DNA of 40,980 bases from Squalus acanthias (lineage: Eukaryota): NCBI GenBank assembly GCA_030390025.1, contig CM059452.1, positions 18,189,021 through 18,230,000 of the forward strand, in the 5' to 3' direction. Positions within the stretch are counted from its first letter, which is position 1; the number at the start of each line of letters is the position of its first letter. Below the pieces are notes generated by a model that worked only from the letters and a program-made list of their open reading frames with translations, was not told the origin of the DNA and searched no databases. A program made the position numbers and the translations under genes. Positions 11,320 to 21,800 of the stretch are shown in pieces.

Positions 11320-12015
11320 GGTATTAATGCCCTGCGGTCATATTCCATTCAGACTCTCTCACCAGACACGATAAACGTTCACTAATGACAGAAATGAATA
11401 AACTACCTCACACCGGCATTACACATATTTCCCCAACACAAAAGACCCCTTGGAACTCCATTCTCTCGACCTTTCACTTTTTCTCTGACGGGAGCTGCAA
11501 CTGGTTCCTGCAAATTTTCATCGCGACAAAAATTACAACAAGTCACCAGAAAATTAACTTTTTTGCACCTAAAATCCTGGATTTTGTTTGACAGTCGTTT
11601 TGAACGAGTGTAATTTTCGTGTCGAGCTCGTGACCCTGGGGGCGGCGCCATTATAATGAGCGGAGATGTGATCGAGCTCAAGGGTCTATAGACTGGCATA
11701 AAGGAGCAAGGGATTTCGGGAAGAGCGTTATTCAGTGCGTAAAACAATTGCACCCGAATTTATTCATTTTGTTACGCCGCGTATTTGCTTCACAGCCCAT
11801 TACAGGAGGCTCTGGGAGCAAATACACTGGAAATGTTAAAGAGTCTCCCGGAATCGTTGCCAATTCCTCGTCATTCCATTAACGATGGTGTTTAGGCAAC
11901 AGCGAGAGGGTGATATCTCAAAGGTGATTTATTCTCCTTGAGACAGTAATGGCTGAACACTGGTATCCTGATTGTGAAGATGAAGCCTTGCTTGACTTTC
12001 ATTTCTGTTTCACAG

Positions 12016-12324
12016 ATCCTTCCTCATGCAACGGTCCAGTGATTATTCTTCGGTAACCGTCACTAGAACAGGTCTTACTGGAGGCCACGATGACCTTAAA
12101 CTGCTTCGTGTCTAATGCTCCTTATGGAGTCAACGTGACCTGGACCAGAAGAAAGAAGATTTTGAAATCACAGATTGCCGTTCAAACCGCAGAGGATCCC
12201 AACAGCGTGTTCAGCAACATCAACATCTCGACACAAGCCTGGCTGAGTGGGGATGAGTTCACCTGCGTGCTGAACCATCAGGATATGCCGACTCCTATAA
12301 GGAATTCCATCCACAAGGAAAAAG
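12016..12324 (+). pseudogene. ighm: Cmu3 exon (309 bp), disabled
   Basis: Acceptor tttcacag, donor G/gtgagc. Translation (D)[104 protein letters not shown] at 12054-12056. The motifs [16 protein letters not shown] and ISTQAWLSG match shark Cmu3, not Cmu2. Confidence 0.93.
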
Positions 12325-12472
12325 GTGAGCGGTGAAATTGTAGCAATAAGTGAGACATTGTGACTATTTGCTGTCCTTGTGCCAATTCGTTCTATTAAGA
12401 GCTTCAATGGACTACTCTGATAATTCAGATTGGTAATTCCACTAACTAAACACTCTGGCACCCGATAATCTG

Positions 12473-12619
12473 CACTTAATGGGAAACTAGATAAGTCCAT
12501 GAGAGAAAAAGGAATAGAAGGATATGTTATTGGGGTTAGATAGGTTGGAGTCTCCTGTGGAGCATAAACACCAGCACAGAGCTGTTGGGCAGAATGGCCT
12601 GTTTCTGTGCTGTACATTC
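12473..12619 (+). mobile_element. Short CR1-type 3' end in the Cmu3-Cmu4 intron
   Basis: gggaaactagataagtccatgagagaaaaaggaatagaaggatatg...gcataaacaccagcacagagctgttgggcagaatggcctgtttctgtgctgta is a typical CR1 ORF2 end and 3' UTR. Confidence 0.65.
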
Positions 12620-12808
12620 AACTCTTCAAGCTCTCAGAGATAAGGATGGAATAGCCCTCAGCTCCGGGCTGGAAATGGGACAGGGCCCAGATGGGAAATA
12701 TAAATCCTTTAAAATTCAGCGGAAAGCACATTTCTGTCACATCTAACCACCGCTTCATTGTCTCTGGAATTCTCCAGTTTATTGTCCTTTATTGTAATTG
12801 TCCTGCAG

Positions 12809-13198
12809 CTAAAGATACGCGGAAACGTCCGTGTCTGTCCTCCTGCCCTCGGCAGAAGAAATCTCCGCTCAGAGGTTCGTCACCATCACCTGCTTAGGGA
12901 GAGGTTTCTCCCCCCGAGAGATCTTCGTCAAGATGATCGTCAATGACAAGCCGGTGAATTCCAGCAACTACAAGAACACCGAGGTGATGGCGGAGAACGG
13001 CAGCTGTTCCTTCTTCATGTACAGCCTGTTATCCATTGCAGCGGAGGAGTGGGCCAGCGGCGATTCTTACTCCTGTGTGGTGGGACATGAAGCGATCCCC
13101 TTGAAGATCATCACCAGAACGATCAATAAATCCAGTGGTAAACAATGTTTGTGAACATTTCCCTTGTACTGAATGACACTGTCAATTCTTATCATTGA
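12809..13198 (+). pseudogene. ighm: Cmu4 exon plus secretory tailpiece, disabled
   Basis: Acceptor tcctgcag. (A)KDTR, then a 1-bp deletion near 12820-12827, then [41 protein letters not shown]...[34 protein letters not shown] second 1-bp deletion near 13149 precedes [15 protein letters not shown] (TGA 13196-13198). The core Trp is replaced by Met (12933-12935). Confidence 0.93.
13135..13143 (+). promoter_or_regulatory. Internal Cmu4 splice donor for the transmembrane form (G/GTAAAC)
   Basis: AGT G|GTAAAC at the SGK boundary (13137/13138), the conserved position of the membrane-form donor in mu genes. Confidence 0.7.
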
Positions 13199-13219
13199 GC
13201 AACTGCATCTCAGTTCTTA

Positions 13220-13235
13220 AATAAAAATCAATAAA
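13220..13235 (+). terminator. Tandem polyadenylation signals of the secretory transcript
   Basis: AATAAA at 13220-13225 and 13230-13235, just after the tailpiece stop, followed by T-rich sequence. Confidence 0.8.
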
Positions 13236-13396
13236 GGCCTTTTCTTCCGATCGTGAGTTAAACTCACAGCCGCTCGAATTAATTGTTTTCCCATTTTTGC
13301 CAAGGTGAAGCTGTTTATCTGAAGTAGGGTGTTTGCGGTTCTCGGGCACAAGGCTTGTAACGACAGCGCTCCCAACTCAGATTACATCACGGGTTA

Positions 13397-15592
13397 GAAC
13401 ATAAACAACTTAAGAAATAGGAGCAGGAGTCGGGCATTTGGCGCTTCGAACCAGCTCCGCCATTAAATAAGATCATGGCTGATCTTCTACCTCATCTCCA
13501 CTTTCCTGAACTATCCCCATATCTCTTGACCCCCTTAATACTCAAAAATCTATCGATCTCTGTCTTGAATATACTCAACGACTGAGCCTCCACAGCCCTC
13601 TGGGGTAGATAATTCCAAAGATTCACCATCCTCTGAGTGTAGAAATTTCTCCTCATCTCAGACCTAAATGGGCGACCCCTTATTCTGAGATTGTGATCTC
13701 TGGTTTTAGACTCCTCAACCAGGGGAAATAACTTCCCTGCATCCACCCTGTCAAGCCCTGTAAAATTTTATATGTTTCAATGAGATCACCTCTCATTCTT
13801 CAAAACTCTAGAGAATATAGGCTTAGTCTACTCAATTTGTCCTCATAGGACAATCCCCCCATCCCAGGAATCAGTCTGGTGAACTTTCGTTGCACTCCCT
13901 CTATGGCAAGTATATCGTTCCTTAGGTAAGGAGAACAGAGCTGTACACAATACTCCAGGTGTGGTCTCACCAGGGCGCTATATAATTGCAGTAAGACGTA
14001 TTTACTCTTACACTCAAATCCTCTTGTAATAAAGGTCAACATACCATTTGCTTTCCTAATTGCTTGCTGTACCTGCATGTTACCTTTCAGTGATTCGTGT
14101 ACAAGGACATCAAGCTCCCTCTAAACGCCAACATCTCCCAATTTCTCAACATTTAAAAATACTCTGCTTTTCTGTTTTTCCTACCAAAGTGCATAACTTA
14201 ACATTTCTCCACCTTATATTCCATTTGCCATGTTGTTGCCCACTCACTTAGCCTGTCTATATCCCTTTGAAGCCTCTTTGAATCCTCCTCACAACTTACA
14301 TTCCCACTTAGCCTTGTTTCATCAGCAAAATTGGAAATATTCCATTTGGTCCCCTCATCCGAATCATTGATGTAAATTGGGAATAGCTGAGGCCCAAGCA
14401 CTGATCCTTCGGTACCCCACTAGTTACAGCCTGCCAACCCGCAAATGACCCGTTATTCCTACTCTCTGTTTTCTGTCCGTTAACCAATCCTCAATCCATG
14501 CTAGTTTATTACCCCCAATCTCATGAGCCCTAATTCTGTTTAATACTCTTGTGTGGCACCTTATCGAATGCCTTCTGAAAATCCAAATACACCACATCCA
14601 CTGGTTCCCCATTATCTATTCTGATAGTTATAACCTCAAAACTCTAACAGAATCGTCAAACACGATTTCCCTTTCATAAATCCGTGTTGACTCTGCCCAA
14701 TCCTATTATTATTTTCTAAGTCCCCTGTTACCACGTCCTTAATAATAGAATCTAGCATTTTTCCTACTACTGATGTAATTCTAACTGGTCTGAAGTTCCC
14801 CGATTTCTCTCTCCCTCCTTTCTTAAATAGTGGGGTTACATTTTCCACCTTCCAATCCAGGGAACCGTTCTGGAATCTATGGAATTTTGGAAAATGACAA
14901 CCACTATCTCTATAGCCAACTCTTTCAACTCTTGCATGTAGGCCATCAGATCCAACGGATTTATTGGCTTTCAGTCCCATTAATTTCTCCAGTACTACTT
15001 TTTTTTACTAATACTAATATCTTTCAATTCCTCATTCTCGCTAGACCCTTGTTGTCCCCTATTTCCAGGAAGTTTTTTGCGTCTTCTTCCGTGAAGACGG
15101 ACACAAAGTATTTGCTTAATTGCTCAGCCATTTCGTTATTCCCCAATTATAATTGCTCCTGTATCAGCTTGGAAGGGACCCACATTTATTTTCGCTAATC
15201 TTTACATTTTTACATACCTATAGAAGCTTTTACAGTCTGTTTTTATGTCTCTCACTAGTTTACTCTCATATTCTATTTTCCCTTTCTTTATCAATTTCTT
15301 CGTCCTCTTTTGCTGAATTCTAAAATCTTCCCAATCCCCTGGCTTACTAATCTTTTGGCAGCGTCATCAGTCTCTTCGTTTGATCTAATACGATCTTTAA
15401 CTTCTCTTGTTAGCCACGGTTGGACCACTTTTCCTGTGGGTTTTTTGTGCCTGAAAGGAATGTATATTTGTTGTAAATGATGTATTAATTCTTTAAATGC
15501 TAGCCATTGCTCGTCCACTGTCATACTTTTTAATGTAGTTTCCTAGTCTACCTTAGCTAACTCGCCCCTCATATCTTCGTAGTTTGCTTTGT
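13397..15592 (-). mobile_element. CR1-type LINE, 2.2 kb, 5'-truncated, frameshifted reverse transcriptase
   Basis: Minus-strand ORF pieces: DWKVENVTPLFKKGGREKSGNFRPV, SQHGFMKGKSCLT, LGPQLFPIYIND...NFADETRL, LVRPHLEYCVQ, TRDHNLRI. Possible 6-bp target-site duplication gttaga at 13393-13398 and 15591-15596. Confidence 0.93.
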
Positions 15593-15822
15593 TAGAGACA
15601 GAGTGAAGCTCTCTCACTACAGGATTCCTCAAAGTAACTTGAGCAAATTTCCCTCCGCTGGGGGAATCTGAATATTCACATTACCGACAAGCAAAGGCTG
15701 CACATTTAGATCTCGGTCTCCCAGTTTCTCGTGTTGTTCATCCCATCAGAATTGGGGACAGTTTTAATTTGCAGCATCGCACCCACTGAAGTGCGGGCCA
15801 CAGAGGACCATGAACTGTGTCT

Positions 15823-18800
15823 CACCAGAGAGAGGGGAAAGGCAAGTGTTAATGCCCTGTACCTCCACTGCCCACCAGAGAGAGGCGAAAGGGCAATCTT
15901 TAAACAACAGTAACCCCACTCCTCCACCAGAGAGAGAGGAAAGGGCAATTGTTAACCCAATGTACCCCCACTCCCCCACCAGAGAGAGGCGAAAGGGCAA
16001 TTGTTAACCCAATGTACCCCCACTCCTCCACCAGAGAGAGGCGAAAGGGCAATTGTTAAGCCAATGTACCCCCACTCCCCCACCAGAGAGAGGCGAAAGG
16101 GCAATTGTTAAGCCAATGTACCTCCCACTCCGGCACCAGAGATAGGGGTAAGGGCAATTGTTAACCCACTGTACCCCCACTCCCCCACCAGAGAGAGGGG
16201 AAAGAGCAACTGTTAACCCACTGTAGCTCCGACTCCCACACCAGAGAGAGGGGAAACGGCAATTATTAACCAACTGTGCCACCCACCACCCCAGCAGAGA
16301 GAGGGAGAAGAGCGATTGTTAACCCACTGTACACAACACTCCCCCACCAGGGAGAGGGGAAAGGATAATTGATAACCACATATACCCCCCACTCCCCCAC
16401 CAGGGAGAGGGGAAAGGACAATTGTTAACCAACTGTACCCCCACTCCCCCACCAGGGAGAGGGGAAAGGATAATTGATAACCACATATACCCCCCACTCC
16501 CCCACCAGGGAGAGGGGAAAGGACAATTGTTAACCAACTGTACCCCCACTCCCCCACCAGGGAGAGGGGAAAGGATAATTGATAACCACATATACCCCCC
16601 ACTCCCCCACCAGGGAGAGGGGAAAGGACAATTGTTAACCAACTGTACCCCCACTCCCCCACCAGGGAGAGGGGAAAGGATAATTGATAACCACATATAC
16701 CCCCCACTCCCCCACCAGAGAGAGGGGAAAGGACAATTGTTAACCAACTGTACCCCCACTCCCCCACCAGGGAGAGGGGAAAGGATAATTGATAACCACA
16801 TATACCCCCCACTCCCCCACCAGAGAGAGGGGAAAGGACAATTGTTAACCAACTGTACCCCCACTCCCCCACCAGGGAGAGGGGAAAGGACAATTGTTCA
16901 CCCACTGTACCCCCCACTCCCCCACCAGGGAGAGGGGAAAGGACAATTGTTCACCCACTGTACCCCCACTCCCCCACCAGAGAGAGGGGAAAGGGCAATT
17001 GTTAACCAACTGTACCCCCACTCCCCCACCAGAAAGTGGGGAAAGGGCAATTGTTAACCCACTGTACCCAACACTCCCCAATCAGAGAGAGGGGAAAGGG
17101 CAATTGTTAACCCACTGTACCCCCACACCCCAACCAGAGAGTGGGGAAAGGGCAATTGTTAACCCACTGTACCCCCACACCCCAACCAGAGAGAGGGGAA
17201 AGGGCAAGTGTTAACCCACTGTACCCCACACCCCAACCAGAGAGAGGGGAAAGGGCAATTGTTAACCCACTGTACCCCCACACCCCAACCACAGAGAGGG
17301 GAAAGGGCAATTGTTAACCCACTGTACCCCCACTCCCCAACCAGAGAGAGGGGAAAGGGCAATTCTTAACCCACTGTACCCCCACTCCCCAGCCAGAGAG
17401 AGGGGAAAGGGCAATTGTTAACCCATTGTACCCAACACTCCGGCACCAGAGATAGGGGTAAGGGCAATTGTTAACCCATTGTACCCCCACTCCCCCACCA
17501 GAGAGAGGGGAAAAGGAAATTATAAACCAACTGTGCCACCCACCACCCCACCAGAGAGAGGGGAAAGGATAATTGTTAACCACATATACCCCCCACTCCC
17601 CCACCAGGGAGAGGGGAAAGGACAATTGTTAACCCACTGTACCCCCACTCCCCCACCAGAGAGAGGGGAAAGGGCAATTGTTAACCAACTGTACCCCCAC
17701 TCCCCCACCAGAGAGTGGGGAAAGGGCAATTGTTAACCCACTGTACCCACACTCCCCAGCCAGAGAGAGGGGAAAGGGCAATTGTTAACCCAATGTACCC
17801 CCACTCCCCAACCAGAGAGAGGGGAAAGGGCAATTGTTAACCCACTGTACCCCCACACCCCAACCACAGAGAGCGGAAAGGGCAATTGTTAACCCACTGT
17901 ACCCCCACTCCCCAACCAGAGAGAGGGGAAAGGGCAATTGTTAACCCACTGTACCCCCACTCCCCAGCCAGAGAGAGGGGAAAGGGCAATTGTTAACCCA
18001 TTGTACCCAACACTCCCCAATCAGAGAGCGGGGAAAGGACAATTATTAAACCATTAAATCCCCCCACTGCCCTACTAGAGAGAGAGATAAGGACAATTGT
18101 TAACCCACTGTACCCCCACTACCCCACCTTAGAGAGAGGAAAGGGCAATTGTTAACCCACTGATCCCACTCTCATCCACCAGAGAGAGGGGTAAGAGCAA
18201 AATTTAACTCACTGTACACCCACTCCCCCACCAGAGAGAGGCGAAGTGGCAATTGTTAATCCACTGTACCCCCCACTCCCCAACCAGAGAGAGGAAAGGG
18301 CAATTGTTAACACACTGTACCACCACTCCACCACCAGAGTGGGGGAAGGGCAATTGTTAACCCACTGTTCCCCCCGCTCCCCACCAGAGAGAGGGGAAAG
18401 GGCAATTGTTAACCCACTGTACCCCCACTCCCCCACCAGAGAGAGGGGAAAGGGCAATTGTTAACACACTTTACATCTACTCCCCACCAGAGAGAGGGGG
18501 AAGGGCAATTGTTAACCCTATGTACCTCCAACTCCGCCACCAGAGAGAGGGGAAAGGGAAATTGTTAACCCACTGTACTCCCACTCCCCCCCCCGCCAGT
18601 GTGAGAGAAAAACGCAATTGTTAACCCACTGTACCCCCACTACCCCACCAGAGAGTGGGGAAAGGGCAATTGTTAACCCACTGTACCCACACTCCCCCGC
18701 CAGAGGGAGGGGAAAGGGCAATTGTTAACCCACTGTACCCACACACCCCCACCAGAGAGAGAGGAAAGGGCAATTGTTAACCCACTGTACCTCCACTGCA

Positions 18801-21800
18801 CCGCCAGAGGGAGGGGAAAGGGCAATTGTTAACCCACTGTACCCCCACTCCCCTGCCAGAGAGAGGGGAAAGGGCAATTGTTAACCCACTGTACCCACAC
18901 TCCCCCGCCAGAGAGAGGGGAAAGGGCAATTGTTAACCCACTGTACCCCCACTCCCCCGCCAGAGAGAGGGGAAAGGGCAATTGTTAACCCACTGTACCA
19001 ACACTCCCCCGCCAGAGAGAGGGGAAAGGGCAATTGTTAACCCCCGGAGCACCACTCCCCAACCCGAGAGATTGGGAAGGACAATTCTTAACCCACTGTA
19101 CCCCACTCCCCCACCAGAGAGACGGGAAAGGACAATTGTTAACTCAGTGCTCCGCCCACTCCCCAACCAGAGAGAGGCGAAAGGGCAATTGTTAACCCCC
19201 TGTACCGCCACTCACCAACCAGAGAGAGAGGAAAGGCAATTGTTAACCCAATGTACCCCCACACCTCCTCCAGAGAGCGGGGGAAGGGCAATTGTTAACC
19301 CACTGTACCCCCACTCCCCCACCAGAGTGGGGGAAGGGCAATTGTTAACCCACTGTACCATCACTCTCCCACCAGAGTGGGGGAAGGGCAATTGTTAACC
19401 CACTGTACCCCCACTCCCCCACCAGAGAGAGCGGAAAGGGCAATTGTTAACCCACTGTACCACCACTCCCCCACCAGAGCGAGGAAAGGGCAATTGTTAA
19501 CCTACTGTACCACCACTCCCCCACCAGAGCGAGGAAAGGGCAATTGTTAACCTACTGTAACCCCACTCCCCCACCAGAGAGAGGGGAAAGGTCAATTGTT
19601 AACCCACTGATCCCCCTCTTCCACACCAGAGAGAGGGGAAAGGGCAATTGTTAACCCACTGTTTCCGCTCCGCCACCAGAGAGAGGGGAAAGGGCAATTG
19701 TTAACACACTTTACCCCCTCTCCCCAACAGAGAGAGGGAAAAAGGCCATTGTTAACACACTGTACCCCCACTCCCCCACCAGAGAGGGGAAAAGGCAATT
19801 GTTAACACACTGTACCCCCACTCCCCAACAGAGAGAGGGGAAAGGGCAATTGTTGACACACTGTACCCCATCTTCCCAACAGAGAGAGGGAAAAAGGCCA
19901 TTGTTAACACACTCCCGCACCAGAGAGGGATGAAAGGGCAATTGTTACCCTACTATACACCCAGTCCCCCACCAGATAGAGGGGAACGGCCAATTATTAA
20001 CCAACTGTACCCCCTGCCGCACCAGAGAGAGGGGAAAGGGCAATAGTTAAACGGCTGTACCATCAACTCCCCGACCAGAGAGAGGGGGCAGAGCAATTGT
20101 TAACACATTGCACCCCCACTCCCACAACAGAGAGAGGGAAAAAGGCCATGGTTAACACACTGTACACCCACTCCCCCACCAGAGAGGGAGGAAAGGACAA
20201 TTGTTAACCAACTGTAACCCCAGACCACAAACAGAAAGAGAGGAAAGGGCAATTGTTAACCCACTGGACCCCGAATCCCCAATAGAAAGAGTGGAAAGGG
20301 AAATTGTTAACCCACTGTACCCCCACACCCCCATAGAAAGAGAGGAAAGGGAAATTGTTAACCCACTGTACACCCACTCCCCCGTAGAAAGAGAGGAAAG
20401 GGCAATTGTTAACCTACTGTACACCCACTCCCCGACCAGAGAGAGGGGAAAGGGAAATTGTTAACCAAATGTAACCCACTCCCACAACAGAGAGACTGGA
20501 AAGGTCGACACTTAACCAACTGTAGCAACACTCCCCCACCAGAGAGATTGGAAAGGTCGACTCTTAACCAAATGTAACCCACTTCCATAACAGAGAGACT
20601 GGTAAGGTCGACTCTTAACCAACATTAGCAACAATCCCCCACCAGAGAAAGGGGAAAGGGCAATTGTTAACCCTTGTTCCCACACTCCCCCAACAGAGAG
20701 AGGGAGACTTGGCAATTGTTAACCCACTCTACCCCCACTCCCCCAGCAGAGAGAAGGGAAAGGGCAATTGTTAACACACTGTACCCCCTCTCCCCAACAG
20801 AGAGAGGAAAAAAGGCCATTGTAAACACACTGTACCCCCACTTCCCCACCAGAGAGGGGGGGAAGGGCAATTGTTAACCAACTGTACCGCCACTCCCCCA
20901 CCAGAGAGTGGGGAAAGGGCAATTGTTAAGCCACTGTACACAACACTCCCCAATCAGAGAGAGGGGAAAGGGCAATTGTTAACCCACTGTACCCCCACAC
21001 CCCAACCAGAGAGAGGGGAAAGGGCATTTGTTAACCCACTGTACCCCCACACCCCAACCACAGAGAGGGGAAAGGGCAATTGTTAACCCACTGTACCCCC
21101 ACTCCCCAACCAGAGAGAGGGGAAAGGGCAATTGTTAACCAACTGTACCCCCACTCCCCAGCCAGAGAGAGGGGAAAGGGCAATTGTTAACCCAATGTAC
21201 CCCCACTCCCCAGCCAGAGAGAGGGGAAAGGGCAATTGTTAACCCATTGTACCCAACACTCTCCAACCAGAGAGAGGGGAAAGGACAATTGTTAACCCAC
21301 TGTACCACCACTCCCCCACCAGAGTGGGGGAAGGGCAATTGTTAACACACTGTTCCCCCCGCTCCCCACCAGAGAGAGGGGAAAGGGCAATTGATAACCA
21401 CTATACCCCCACTCCCCCACCAGAGAGAGGGGAAAGGGCAATTGTTAACACACTTTATCCCTACTCCCCACCAGAGAGAGGGGGAAGGGCAATTGTTAAC
21501 CCTATGTACCTCCAACTCCGCCACCAGAGAGAGGGGAAAGGGAAATTGTTAACCCACTGTACTCCCACTCCCCCACCAGTGTGAGAGAAAAACGCAATTG
21601 TTAACCCACTGTTCCCCCACTACCCCACCAGAGAGTGGGGAAAGGGCAATTGTTCACCCACTGTACCCACACTCCCCCGCCAGAGGGAGGGGAAAGGGCA
21701 ATTGTTAACCCACTGTACCCACACACCCCCACCAGAGAGAGAGGAAAAGGCAATTGTTAACCCACTGTACCCACACACCCCCACCAGAGAGAGAGGAAAG

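Larger units (their letters stand above)
7609..13198 (+). pseudogene. ighm: IgM heavy-chain constant-region pseudogene, exon order Cmu1-Cmu3-Cmu4/secretory, no Cmu2
   Basis: Three phase-1 C1-set Ig exons with AG/GT boundaries whose translations closely match shark mu chains as I recall them. Inactivating lesions occur in all three exons. Confidence 0.93.

Noticed and set aside
11403-11753. 116-aa minus-strand ORF and a weak inverted repeat in a CpG-richer intronic patch
   Set aside because: No recognisable domain, and no clear terminal inverted repeats or target-site duplication to call a transposon.
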